64,000 bases of DNA from Alphaproteobacteria bacterium (GCA_964291395.2 OZ219858.1:224001-288000), one strand, 5' to 3'; counted from the first letter of the stretch, positions 32,918 to 42,360 are shown. The notes: a model not told the origin generated them from the letters alone. A program made the numbers and translations.

Positions 32918-33871
32918 ATGATGCACACCGGGCCGCACACGTTCGCGGGGAATCCCTTGGATCGCGCCGCGAACACCCGGCGCGAGCCCGAGGAGCTTGA
33001 TCGTCTGATCGGATTGCCGCAGAGCCGCTTCCTCCCTCTCTGGAATCTCCAGGCGCTGGTGACGACGGAACCCGAGCCTCGTCTCGCCTGGCAGCCGCTG
33101 GCGGGTCTGCCCGCATTTGCGGGAGATGACGCAAATCTCGTCTTTCTCGGTCTTGAAGAGGGTGCTCCACGCTTCGCCGCCGGCACGAAGGGCGAGGAAG
33201 ACCCGACAGCGGCGGGGGTGTTCGCGGGCCGGGGCCGCTTTGTGGAGACACGGCGGCTGGCATCCGACATTCCGGCCGGCGAGGCGGCCATTCTGGCTCA
33301 GTCGCGGGCTCTCATAGACTGGCACGACCGACACGGTTTCTGTGCGGCCTGCGGCTCCCCCACAAAGCCCGGCGAGGCCGGATATCTGCGGGTCTGCCGG
33401 AACGAGACCTGCAGGACACAACATTTCCCGCGCACGGATCCCGTCGTCATCATGCTCGCTGAGCGGGAGGACCGCTGTCTGCTCGGACGCAGCAAACGGT
33501 TTCCGACGCGCAAGCGGTATTCCGCGCTGGCCGGTTTCGTGGAACCCGGTGAATCGATCGAAGAGGCGGTACGGCGTGAGGTCTTGGAGGAGACCGGAAT
33601 CACCGTCGGTTCCGTGACCTATCATTCCTCCCAGCCCTGGCCCTTTCCGTCATCGCTGATGATCGGTTGCATCGGCGAGGCCGAAAGCGAGGAGATCGAC
33701 ATCGATCCCGAAGAGCTCCAGGACGCTCGGTGGCTGACGCGCGAGGAGGTTCGTGCCTGCTTTGAAGACCCCGATCACGTGGCGCCGGACGGTAGCCTGG
33801 AGATCCCGCCCCCGGATGCCATCGCCCACCATCTGATCAAGACCTGGGTCGAAGAGGGCACGTTCTCGTGA
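32918..33871 (+). CDS. nudC: NAD(+) diphosphatase / NAD-cap decapping enzyme, copy 1
   Basis: Zn ribbon 'FCAACG...CRNETC', 'FPRTDP', Nudix box, 'SQPWPFPSSLM'. Confidence 0.92.
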   Translation: MMHTGPHTFAGNPLDRAANTRREPEELDRLIGLPQSRFLPLWNLQALVTTEPEPRLAWQPLAGLPAFAGDDANLVFLGLEEGAPRFAAGTKGEEDPTAAGVFAGRGRFVETRRLASDIPAGEAAILAQSRALIDWHDRHGFCAACGSPTKPGEAGYLRVCRNETCRTQHFPRTDPVVIMLAEREDRCLLGRSKRFPTRKRYSALAGFVEPGESIEEAVRREVLEETGITVGSVTYHSSQPWPFPSSLMIGCIGEAESEEIDIDPEELQDARWLTREEVRACFEDPDHVAPDGSLEIPPPDAIAHHLIKTWVEEGTFS

Positions 33872-34812
33872 TCCGGGCGGAACCTCACATATTCGCGGGG
33901 AGTCCGCTGAATCGCGCAGCACATCTCCGACGAGATCCGGCCGCCTTGCAAGAACTCTTGGCAAGGTCCGACAGCAAGATGCTGCCGCTTTGGCAGCTCA
34001 AGGCTCTGGTCACGACGGGCACGGCGACCAACCTCGCTTGGCAGACTGTCGACGGCTTGACGGATGATCCCCGCTCCAATGAGGTGATCTTTCTCGGTCT
34101 TGATGGGGAAGCCGCCAGATTCGCGACGGGATTCGACGGCGAAGCCGATCCAACGAAAACGGGTCCGCCCCTGAGGGGCGCGGGCACGTTCGAGGAAGTG
34201 CGGGGACTCGCGTCCCGGCTACCCGCGAACGAAACCTCTATCGCGGCGCAGGCGCGCACGCTGATCGGCTGGCATGAACGACACCGATATTGCGCGCAGT
34301 GCGGGACTCCCTCGGAGTTGTCGGATGGAGGATACCGGCGCGATTGTCCCAACGAGGCCTGCGGTGCGCGACATTTCCCGCGCACGGACCCTGTGGTGAT
34401 CATGATGGTGGTCAAGGACGATATGGCTCTCCTGGGCCGCCAGTCGTTCTGGGCGCCCGGCATGTTCTCAACGCTGGCGGGATTCATGGATCCTGGAGAG
34501 ACGATCGAAGAAGCAGTGCGGCGCGAGGTTTTCGAAGAGACGGGCGTGCGAGTGGGAGACGTGATGTACCACTCGTCCCAGCCCTGGCCCTTTCCGTCAT
34601 CGCTGATGATCGGTTGCATCGGCCGAGCCATCAGCGAAGATCTGGAGGTGGACACACGGGAAGTCGAGGACGCCGCGTGGTTTACGCGTGATCAGGTGCG
34701 GCAGGGCATCGAACTCATCAAATCGGGACAGCCGGAAGGCGATACCTTCCATCTGCCCTTCCCCGCGTCCATCGCCCACCAGCTGGCGGCGTGGTGGGTC
34801 GACAACGGGTGA
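33868..34812 (+). CDS. nudC: NAD(+) diphosphatase / NAD-cap decapping enzyme, copy 2
   Basis: 'YCAQCG...CPNEAC', 'FPRTDP', Nudix box, 'SQPWPFPSSLM'; GTGA overlap with copy 1. Confidence 0.92.
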   Translation: MIRAEPHIFAGSPLNRAAHLRRDPAALQELLARSDSKMLPLWQLKALVTTGTATNLAWQTVDGLTDDPRSNEVIFLGLDGEAARFATGFDGEADPTKTGPPLRGAGTFEEVRGLASRLPANETSIAAQARTLIGWHERHRYCAQCGTPSELSDGGYRRDCPNEACGARHFPRTDPVVIMMVVKDDMALLGRQSFWAPGMFSTLAGFMDPGETIEEAVRREVFEETGVRVGDVMYHSSQPWPFPSSLMIGCIGRAISEDLEVDTREVEDAAWFTRDQVRQGIELIKSGQPEGDTFHLPFPASIAHQLAAWWVDNG

Positions 34813-34929
34813 CCATTTGCCTTCGGCGCCCCACGGTCGCGGACGACAAGGAATGCCGGAACGCTGAGGTCGGACTTGGGGTTCGACCCCAATTCGCTCA
34901 GCTGGATTTCGGGTCGCGAGGACAGTCAC

Positions 34930-35754
34930 ATGATGAGCACATCTTCGTCACGGGAGGAGTGGGCGGCTCGTGCCGCCTTATGGGACAAGCACGCGCCTGA
35001 AGGCGAGTCGGTCACCGACGAGCTCAATCAGATTCTCATGGAAAGCGCCGGTATCGAGTCGGGGGACGACGTACTCGACCTGGCATCCGGAAGCGGTGAG
35101 CCTGCCATCAGTATCGCCCTGAAGGTCGGAACCAAAGGCTCCGTAACGGCGCTGGACGCGCACGGTGAAATGCTCGCAGTCACACGCCGGCGGGCAGCGA
35201 AGCTTGAATTGAGCAACATGGCGTTCGAGATCGCGCGGATGGAAGATCTGCCGTTCGCCGACGATACGTTCGATGCAGTGACGTGCCGATTTGGACTCCA
35301 GTCTTCGGAAGACGCGGTGCAAACCCTTCGTGAAGCCCGGCGAGTCCTGAAACCCACAGGTAAAGCGGGTTTCATGACCCACGGGGTCGAGGAACGAAAC
35401 ACCCTTTCGGCCGTGTTGGCGAAGGTGATCCACAGCACGCTCCCGGAGAAGTCGGACGAGACGCCACCGAGGCGCCTCCGGTTCCGCGACGCGGGTTCGC
35501 TGAGGGTGGTGTTCGATGCCGCCGGGTTCAGCGAGGTCGGGGAGAGGGAAGTCCGGCGAACCGTGATCCGGGAAGGCGGCTCGCAGTTCTGGCGGAGTCT
35601 ACTGGAAAGGCGATACGGGTCCCGGCTGAAAGCGCTCGACGCCGAGGGTCGGTCTCAGCTGGATGCAGCCATCGACGAGGCGTTCGCCGTCTACCTTGCG
35701 GGGGATCATTACGAGCTCCAGTCGGCCGATATGGTCGCCTGGGGTACGAAATAG
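34930..35754 (+). CDS. Class I SAM-dependent methyltransferase (UbiE-like fold)
   Basis: 'VLDLASGSGEP', 'EDLPFADDTFDAVTCRFG', 'RRVLKPTG'. Confidence 0.85.
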   Translation: MMSTSSSREEWAARAALWDKHAPEGESVTDELNQILMESAGIESGDDVLDLASGSGEPAISIALKVGTKGSVTALDAHGEMLAVTRRRAAKLELSNMAFEIARMEDLPFADDTFDAVTCRFGLQSSEDAVQTLREARRVLKPTGKAGFMTHGVEERNTLSAVLAKVIHSTLPEKSDETPPRRLRFRDAGSLRVVFDAAGFSEVGEREVRRTVIREGGSQFWRSLLERRYGSRLKALDAEGRSQLDAAIDEAFAVYLAGDHYELQSADMVAWGTK

Positions 35755-35774
35755 GGATGGAATTGCCCCGGCCC

Positions 35775-36131
35775 TTACGCGAGACCCAGTTCCTTCCGCT
35801 TTTTCTTGGTGAGACCCCGGGAAACGATCCGGTGAGACTGACGCAGATAATCCTTCAGGTCCGCGTCCGACAATCCCGGCTCGGAATGGTGCTGAATCCA
35901 CTTCATGCCGCGCGATGCGAGGTAGGGTGCCGGACGCAGGCCTGGCAGATCCTTGAGCATTTCGTAGGCGATCTCGCTCACTTTGAACGTGTACGCTTCC
36001 CGGTCGTCGGCCCAGCCGCCGATGGCGAATACCTTGCCGCCGACCTTCCAGACGTGCGAGCCGCCCCATTGCATCACATACGTCGTGGCGGAAAGCGATT
36101 CACAAAAGGCGTTGAATTCGTCGTAGGTCAC
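35775..36131 (-). CDS. MmcQ/YjbR family protein
   Basis: 'QWGGSHVWKVGGKVFA', 'RPAPYLASRGMKW'. Confidence 0.85.
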   Translation of the reverse strand: MTYDEFNAFCESLSATTYVMQWGGSHVWKVGGKVFAIGGWADDREAYTFKVSEIAYEMLKDLPGLRPAPYLASRGMKWIQHHSEPGLSDADLKDYLRQSHRIVSRGLTKKKRKELGLA

Positions 36132-36225
36132 TCGAAATCCTCTGGAGGCGGTACGTGGCGGTAGTTTATATCTATAAAACTAGATATGTAGTTATTCATT
36201 TCCCGCGGCTTTCCGCGCCGTTCGG

Positions 36226-36255
36226 CTAGTCTCGCCTAGTCTCGCCTAGTCACGC
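36226..36255. repeat. 10-bp tandem repeat x3
   Basis: CTAGTCTCGC-CTAGTCTCGC-CTAGTCACGC. Confidence 0.85.
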
Positions 36256-36273
36256 TTGATTCCCCGGCGGGAC

Positions 36274-37014
36274 TTACCCAAGGTTCCGGCGGTAGAGGGC
36301 GATCATGCGTTCCCAGTGCCGCTCCGCGGCGGGACGGTCGTAGACCGAACGTTCGGGAAACGCGAACCCGTGGTGGACGCCCGGATAGATCTCGATCTCG
36401 CCTCTTGCGTCCGACTTGTCGAACAAACCTCTCAGTTCCTCGACCATGTCGGGCGGCGCCAAATCGTCGTGTTCGGCGCAGGCGATGTAGAGCTCGCCCT
36501 CGGTCTGGCCAAGCGTACGGTGTGGGCTTTCCTCGACATCGTTCACCAGCCAAGTTCCGTAATACGAGGCGGCCGCGGCCACGCGGCTCGGAAAGCGCGC
36601 CGCCGCCGCCAAAGCATATGGGCCGCTCATGCAGTAGCCGTGAGCGCCGATGGGACCTTTCTCGATGTCGCCACGGCCGTCGACGAAAGCCAACATGGCG
36701 CCGATGTCCTTCATCGCCTGCGGGATGGTCATGGTGACGCGGATCTTCCGCATGCGTTGGTGTTCTGCGCTGCCCTCCAGGTTGACGTCTGAACCGAATT
36801 TGGAGTGGCGCCCGGCCCGGTAGTACAGATTGGGCAGCAGCACACAATAGCCGACCGTCGCGAGGCGACGTGCCATCTCATACAGCTCTTCACGGATGCC
36901 CGGTGCGTCCATCAATTTGAATACAGCCGGATGCGGACCACCACGCTCGGGCCGGCAGACGAAGGTCTCCATCGCGCCGTCCGTGGTCTTGATGTCCAGG
37001 ATTTCCTCAATCAT
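36274..37014 (-). CDS. Dienelactone hydrolase family protein
   Basis: 'MDAPGIRE', nucleophile 'GYCMSG', 'YPGVHHGFAF'. Confidence 0.9.
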   Translation of the reverse strand: MIEEILDIKTTDGAMETFVCRPERGGPHPAVFKLMDAPGIREELYEMARRLATVGYCVLLPNLYYRAGRHSKFGSDVNLEGSAEHQRMRKIRVTMTIPQAMKDIGAMLAFVDGRGDIEKGPIGAHGYCMSGPYALAAAARFPSRVAAAASYYGTWLVNDVEESPHRTLGQTEGELYIACAEHDDLAPPDMVEELRGLFDKSDARGEIEIYPGVHHGFAFPERSVYDRPAAERHWERMIALYRRNLG

Positions 37015-37646
37015 GCCGGCAGCTCACCCCGCCAGGAAAACGGCGCGAAGTGGCCGTTGTTGCCAGCGCCCCGAAGATCGAGATCGAGGCCGAAGCCCTC
37101 GACCCGCATCCCCTTCGCCTTGGCCAGTGCAAGCTTCCGCCCAGCCACGTGCGCGGTGTTATCGAGATAGAAGGGCTCCCCATTGCCGAGGCGCGACGGA
37201 ACGCCTTCGATGTCGATTGCAAAGATGCCCGGCGCCGAAGCAGTGCGTTTGAGGTTATCCAGGTCGACGTGGATCGGCCGATACTCGACGCCTCGGAAAT
37301 CACCCACCAGGTTTTCCCGGATGACCGATGTGGGTCCGCCTGCCTCGCCGCTCGCAATGGCAGCGAGGATGCCGCGCTGGATTTCGTCGGCGGTCTCGTC
37401 GACGACGCAGCCGAATATCCAGTTTCCGTCGGCCATGACGTTGCCCGTGCGGATCACGAGAGCGAAGGACAACCCATCGAGTCGCGTATCCCCGCATCGG
37501 CCCTCGTCCACCCTGAACACCATGAGCGCGTAACAATCGTCGTTGGTCGCGGGACCCTGCGGATTGGTATAGATGCAAGGACACAGGTAGTCGCAGTTAC
37601 AGCTTTCCATGTACTGGCCGCTGACGGCCCACGGTTCGCCCGTCAT
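37011..37646 (-). CDS. DUF1326-like putative metal-binding protein
   Basis: N-terminal 'GQYMESCNCDYLCPC...C' and 'GNVMADGNW'; ATGA overlap with the hydrolase gene. Confidence 0.75.
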   Translation of the reverse strand: MTGEPWAVSGQYMESCNCDYLCPCIYTNPQGPATNDDCYALMVFRVDEGRCGDTRLDGLSFALVIRTGNVMADGNWIFGCVVDETADEIQRGILAAIASGEAGGPTSVIRENLVGDFRGVEYRPIHVDLDNLKRTASAPGIFAIDIEGVPSRLGNGEPFYLDNTAHVAGRKLALAKAKGMRVEGFGLDLDLRGAGNNGHFAPFSWRGELPA

Positions 37647-37752
37647 GCCGAAGCCCTCCGAATGCGTTCAACACGATTGTCGATGAGCCGCGCCCGCGCG
37701 TAAAGCGGCTGCTCCACGGCACGTCGGTGAACGGCCTTCGAGGCCCCTCCGA

Positions 37753-39063
37753 TCATCTGCGATCGAGAAGATAGTCACGTGCCACCCGAACGCCGGAGAG
37801 GTATGCCCCGGGGAGCTGTCCCGCCCATTCGCTATGAACCGCCTCGCCGGCAAAGTACAGGCGCTCATCGACGGTGCGCCGGAGCTCGCGCCGCATGCGG
37901 CTGTACCCCGGCTTTGCGGCGGAATACGCGCCGAGCGTGTAGGGATCCCGGCCCCAGGCGGTCACGTGGCCTTTGACGAAGTATTTCTTGACAGCGCTAC
38001 CGAACAGGTTGGCGAGTCGCTCCTGGGCGAGATCGACGACCGCGGCCTTTTCCTGTTGTTCGGCATCCCGGGCCGTATCCCCGCCAAGGAGTCCAATGGC
38101 GAGCGGTGCGCCGAAGGGATTGATGAGAAAGCTCACCGCTTCTCCCTCCTCGAGGGGATAGTTGACGCTGGTGTTGTCGGCAGCATCGGGAAACGGTCTG
38201 TCAAACTGCACGGCGACCTTGTTGAGCAGTCCCATGGGGACCCGCTCGATAGCTTCCCGCTTCCAATCGGGAAGGTCTGGGACGAAACGGATGGCTCGCC
38301 TTCCCAAGACACCTGTGGAGACCGTGACGATCGTCACGCGGGCATGCAGCGTTCCACGGTCCGTGGTCACCGAGACTCGTTTGCCGTCCCAGATGATTCG
38401 GTTCACAGGTGTCCCCAATTGTACCGGAACCTGCTCGCCGTACTCCGCGACGATGGTACCCAGCCCCTCCGCGACCAGGGCGTTGGCGCCGCTGCCGAAC
38501 CGGGCAGCGTAATCCGTGGTCGATAGCTCATCGAGCGGGACGCCGGCATTGATGTCCCCGATCAGCGCTTTGGCCAGCTTTGCCCACTGTCCGTCTTCGT
38601 CGATGACGGTCGAAACCGGAACGTCCCTTCCCGCCTTGGCCGCCTGATTGATGGCCCGGTCAATGCGGTCGAGAACGGCCCCGAGGTCATCATAATCGGC
38701 AACGCTGGCATCGCGGCCGTCAACAATCAGCCAATAATCCCCCTCCTCGGATGGTTGGTAACCGAGATTCGTTGCCAGGCGCGCGATCGGGTTCTCCTCT
38801 GACGCGTAGATGAAGGCGCAGCCATGGTCATAGGGAAACCCGAACGTCTTGCTCTCGGTATAGGCCCGTCCGCCGATACGATTCCGAGCCTCCAGCACGG
38901 CGACGGACACTCCGTTCTGCATGAGAGTTCGCGCAGCGGCCAAGCCAGCCATTCCGGCGCCGATAATGATCACTTCTGGATTGGAGGGAATTCGCGCCAG
39001 CACGGGCGTCGCTATCAGCGACGCCACGCCGTGCAGTAGTACTCTGCGCGAAACCCGCCGCAT
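37753..39063 (-). CDS. Tat-exported flavin monoamine oxidase family protein
   Basis: Tat motif 'SRRVLL', 'IIGAGMAGLAAA', 'EARNRIGGR', 'YFAGEA...GAYLSG'. Confidence 0.88.
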   Translation of the reverse strand: MRRVSRRVLLHGVASLIATPVLARIPSNPEVIIIGAGMAGLAAARTLMQNGVSVAVLEARNRIGGRAYTESKTFGFPYDHGCAFIYASEENPIARLATNLGYQPSEEGDYWLIVDGRDASVADYDDLGAVLDRIDRAINQAAKAGRDVPVSTVIDEDGQWAKLAKALIGDINAGVPLDELSTTDYAARFGSGANALVAEGLGTIVAEYGEQVPVQLGTPVNRIIWDGKRVSVTTDRGTLHARVTIVTVSTGVLGRRAIRFVPDLPDWKREAIERVPMGLLNKVAVQFDRPFPDAADNTSVNYPLEEGEAVSFLINPFGAPLAIGLLGGDTARDAEQQEKAAVVDLAQERLANLFGSAVKKYFVKGHVTAWGRDPYTLGAYSAAKPGYSRMRRELRRTVDERLYFAGEAVHSEWAGQLPGAYLSGVRVARDYLLDRR

Positions 39064-39164
39064 AGCCCATTGGCTCCGGGCAATCCGAACGACCTATGGC
39101 TGAACATGCCAACGCGCACCCATTGTCGCTGACCAGGGCAGACCTGTCGACGACCGGCTTGATC

Positions 39165-39286
39165 CGCGGGACTCGGCGGAGAGCGAGTTCGACGTCGACC
39201 GCGTGGTCGATCAGATCCTGGAAATCTACCGCACGCTTCGATCGGAACCGGAAGCTATCTCAACGTCGTGCACCACCGTTCAATGA
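39165..39286 (+). pseudogene. Probable C-terminal remnant of a GT4 (GT-B) glycosyltransferase
   Basis: Manual translation '...RDSAESEFDVDRVVDQILEIYRTLRSE...*' matches the GT4 terminal helix pattern; upstream in-frame stop at 39101, no start. Confidence 0.45.
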
Positions 39287-39309
39287 CGGCAACGGCGGAC
39301 TAATCCAGT

Positions 39310-40899
39310 TCAGTCCAGCGCTTCCTCCACGGCGAGTTCGCCCGACGCTCCGGTTTCGTCGGACTCTCCCCCGGGTTCCGCAGGCACCTCGTCGTCGAAC
39401 CAGTGAGCTCGAGCGGCCATGATGATGGCGTCAGCCTCCTCGGGCGTGAACTCGGCATCTGGAAGGATTTCCATCAATTCGTCGCTCGCCAGGTCACCGA
39501 GGTCATCGAGGGTCTTGACGCCGTTCTCGCCCAGAATGACCAGCATGGCGGGAGACAACGCTTCCATGGCGGCGAGATCGTCGGCTACCCCGAGTTCGCG
39601 ACGTTGAGCCTCCAGCCGCGCGTTTTCTTCCTTGATGCAGGCTTCGGCCCGCCGATGAAGCTCCTCGGCGATTTCCTCGTCGAAACCCTCGATTTCGGTC
39701 ATCTCCTCTATCGAAACGTAAGCAACTTCCTCCACGGAAGAGAATCCTTCGATGACCAGCAATTGAGCGATCATTTCGTCAACGTCCAGCAGGTCGATGA
39801 ACATCTGGCTGCGGCGCCGGAATTCCTCCTGCCGCCGTTCGGACTCTTCAGCCTCTGTCAGAATATCAATGTCCCATCCGGTCAGTTGCGAGGCCAGACG
39901 CACGTTCTGACCGCGCCGGCCGATCGCCAGACTGAGCTGATCGTCTGGCACGACAACCTCGATACGGCGGAAGTCCTCATCGAGCACGACCTTTGCGACC
40001 TCCGCGGGAGCCAAGGCATTGACGATAAAAGTGGCGGGATCCGGGGACCAAGGAATGATGTCGATCTTCTCTCCCTGGAGCTCATTCACCACCGCCTGGA
40101 CACGGCTGCCGCGCATGCCGACACAGGCTCCCACCGGGTCGATACTCGTGTCGTTCGACAGAACCGCGATCTTGGCCCGACTTCCCGGATCTCTCGCAAC
40201 CGCCTTGATCTCGATGATTCCATCGTATATTTCGGGCACCTCCTGCCCGAACAAGCGCGCCATGAATTGGGGATGGGTGCGCGAGAGGAAAATCTGAGGG
40301 CCACGCGGCTCACGGCGCACGTCATAGATGTAAGCGCGAATCCGATCGCCCTGATGAAAGGACTCGCGGGGGAGGATCTCGTCGCGCCGAACCACGGCCT
40401 CGGCCCGCCCCAGATCGACGGTTACGTTGCCATATTCGACTCGTTTGACCAAGCCGTTAACGATGTCTCCGATGCGGTCCTTGTACTCCTCGTATTGACG
40501 TTCACGCTCGGCGTCGCGAACCTTTTGAACGATGACCTGTTTGGCCGTCTGTGCTGCGATCCGGCCAAATGCAATGGGCGGAAGCGGTTCAGCCAAGATA
40601 TCGCCCAACTGCGCATCAGGATTGCGTTCGCGCGCGACGTCCATGCTGATTTCCGTGCTGTCATTTTCGATGAGGTCGACAACTTCGAGGCAGCGGAACA
40701 ATCGAATTTCCCCTGTATCCTCGTCAATCTCCGCCCGTATGTCGTTCTCGTGTCCATACTTCGAGCGGGCCGCCTTTTGGATGGCTTCCTCCATCGCTTC
40801 GATGACGGTTCTCTTTTCAATGCTCTTCTCCTGCGCCACCGAATCGGCGATCTGCAGAAGTTCCATACGATTCCAGCTTGTCGCGATTTCTGACTCCAT
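39310..40899 (-). CDS. nusA: Transcription termination/antitermination factor NusA
   Basis: 'FGRIAAQTAKQVI', S1/KH 'ARDPGSRAKIAV', 'LAIGRRGQNVRLA', acidic C-terminal repeats. Confidence 0.97.
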   Translation of the reverse strand: MESEIATSWNRMELLQIADSVAQEKSIEKRTVIEAMEEAIQKAARSKYGHENDIRAEIDEDTGEIRLFRCLEVVDLIENDSTEISMDVARERNPDAQLGDILAEPLPPIAFGRIAAQTAKQVIVQKVRDAERERQYEEYKDRIGDIVNGLVKRVEYGNVTVDLGRAEAVVRRDEILPRESFHQGDRIRAYIYDVRREPRGPQIFLSRTHPQFMARLFGQEVPEIYDGIIEIKAVARDPGSRAKIAVLSNDTSIDPVGACVGMRGSRVQAVVNELQGEKIDIIPWSPDPATFIVNALAPAEVAKVVLDEDFRRIEVVVPDDQLSLAIGRRGQNVRLASQLTGWDIDILTEAEESERRQEEFRRRSQMFIDLLDVDEMIAQLLVIEGFSSVEEVAYVSIEEMTEIEGFDEEIAEELHRRAEACIKEENARLEAQRRELGVADDLAAMEALSPAMLVILGENGVKTLDDLGDLASDELMEILPDAEFTPEEADAIIMAARAHWFDDEVPAEPGGESDETGASGELAVEEALD

Positions 40900-40911
40900 A
40901 ATTCCTGCCGT

Positions 40912-41436
40912 CTATTCGCTATTTCCGTTATTTCCCGACGTCTCTCGATTCGAGCCCGCTTCGATGAGGTCATCCGTCGGCACAAGTCTGGCCGACGCGA
41001 TTTCATCGAACGGGATCTCGAATACATCGTCGCCTGCACCGTCCGGTGCGGAAATTCTCACGCAATCCTCGACAAGACCCAACAATCGACCCCGATAGCG
41101 GCGACGGCCCTCGTTCGCGTGGCGAACCTCCACCTTGATCTCGAATCCGGAGAACTGCTCGAAATCTTCACGGCGCACCAACGGGCGATCAATGCCGGGC
41201 GAACTCACCTCCAACATGTATGGGCCAGGAATTGGATCCTCGACGTCAAGTATCACGGAGACCATCCGACTCAGTTCTGCACAATGATCGACCGTCATCG
41301 GGCCACCGTCCCATGGCTCGGCCATAACCTGAAGAGTACGTCCTCCGCTTCCCATCAACCTCACACGGACCACGCGAAAGCCGGCGTGTTCCAATGATGG
41401 GGCGATCAACTCTTCGATGCGAGCCGCAGGCTCCAT
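40912..41436 (-). CDS. rimP: Ribosome maturation factor RimP
   Basis: 'LQVMAE', 'LDVEDPI...YMLEVSSPGIDRPL'. Confidence 0.95.
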   Translation of the reverse strand: MEPAARIEELIAPSLEHAGFRVVRVRLMGSGGRTLQVMAEPWDGGPMTVDHCAELSRMVSVILDVEDPIPGPYMLEVSSPGIDRPLVRREDFEQFSGFEIKVEVRHANEGRRRYRGRLLGLVEDCVRISAPDGAGDDVFEIPFDEIASARLVPTDDLIEAGSNRETSGNNGNSE

Positions 41437-41454
41437 TGCCTCGGCGTCTCCCAT

Positions 41455-41478
41455 AAAAAAAGTGGGCCGCCGGCCCAC
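41455..41478 (-). terminator. Intrinsic terminator/attenuator-like hairpin in the rimP leader
   Basis: Minus strand GTGGGCC-GGC-GGCCCAC followed by T7, 18 nt before the rimP ATG. Confidence 0.75.
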
Positions 41479-41598
41479 CGCGGAAAATCACAAGTTTTGT
41501 CGAGCCACACCAACCGTACCAATGCCCGGCATATTAACCGAGCCGCACATGACTTCAAGGCTTTTTCGGCTGTCGCTGCAGCTATGGCGACACCCCCG

Positions 41599-42354
41599 TC
41601 ACTTTACCTCGTCGTCCGTTTTGGCGGCTCGGGTACAGCGTCGGAACGTCAAGTAGGTGCAGGTTTGACCCCGGGCAACGGCTTTTCGTTCGTAACGGGT
41701 CTCGGGCCAGTCCCTGGCCCTGTGACGCCAGTCACCAGATCGGATCGCCGGCCATTCCCAGGCGACATGGTTGACCATGTGCCAAAGAGTCCAGCGTGCG
41801 TATTCGGCGTGATCCGTGGCGAACCGGAATGCTGCGCCATCGACGAGAACACGCGCGATGCGATCCAGGTTCGCTGGCGAGATGAATCGCCGCTTGTGAT
41901 GGCGGCGCTTCGGCCAGGGATCCGGAAACAGGAGGAACAAGCGGCCAATACTAGCATCGGGCAGGGCATCGAGCAGAACCTGAGCATCGTCATCGTGAAT
42001 CAATATGTTCTCGATCCCCTCGGAATCGATGGTGCGGAGCAGCCCTGATATGCCGTCGATGTAGAGTTCGCATCCGATGAAGAGCGTGCCTGGATGCGCT
42101 CGCGCCTGGGCCGCGAGATGCTCTCCTTGTCCAAAACCGACTTCGAGCCAGATATCCGAATAGTTACGAAACGGGCCCGAAGGCAACTGCCGTACGAGCG
42201 CATGGAAATCTGCCATCGGTACTCGAAGCCGGGGCAACAAGTCTTCAAGGAGCCGCCTTCGCCCGGGACGTAGTCTGCGCCCGCGTCGCCGCCCATAATG
42301 GGTATGTTCGCGCCGATCCGCAGGCGAAGGTGTTCGTACCCCGACGGACGGCAC
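41599..42354 (-). CDS. trmB: tRNA (guanine-N7)-methyltransferase
   Basis: 'LEVGFGQGEHL', 'FPDPWPKRRHHKRR', 'FATDH', 'TRYERKA'. Confidence 0.95.
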   Translation of the reverse strand: MPSVGVRTPSPADRREHTHYGRRRGRRLRPGRRRLLEDLLPRLRVPMADFHALVRQLPSGPFRNYSDIWLEVGFGQGEHLAAQARAHPGTLFIGCELYIDGISGLLRTIDSEGIENILIHDDDAQVLLDALPDASIGRLFLLFPDPWPKRRHHKRRFISPANLDRIARVLVDGAAFRFATDHAEYARWTLWHMVNHVAWEWPAIRSGDWRHRARDWPETRYERKAVARGQTCTYLTFRRCTRAAKTDDEVK

Positions 42355-42360
42355 GTCCTG

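Noticed and set aside
36226-36255. Tandem repeat as a CRISPR array
   Set aside because: 10-bp units with no spacers and no cas genes.
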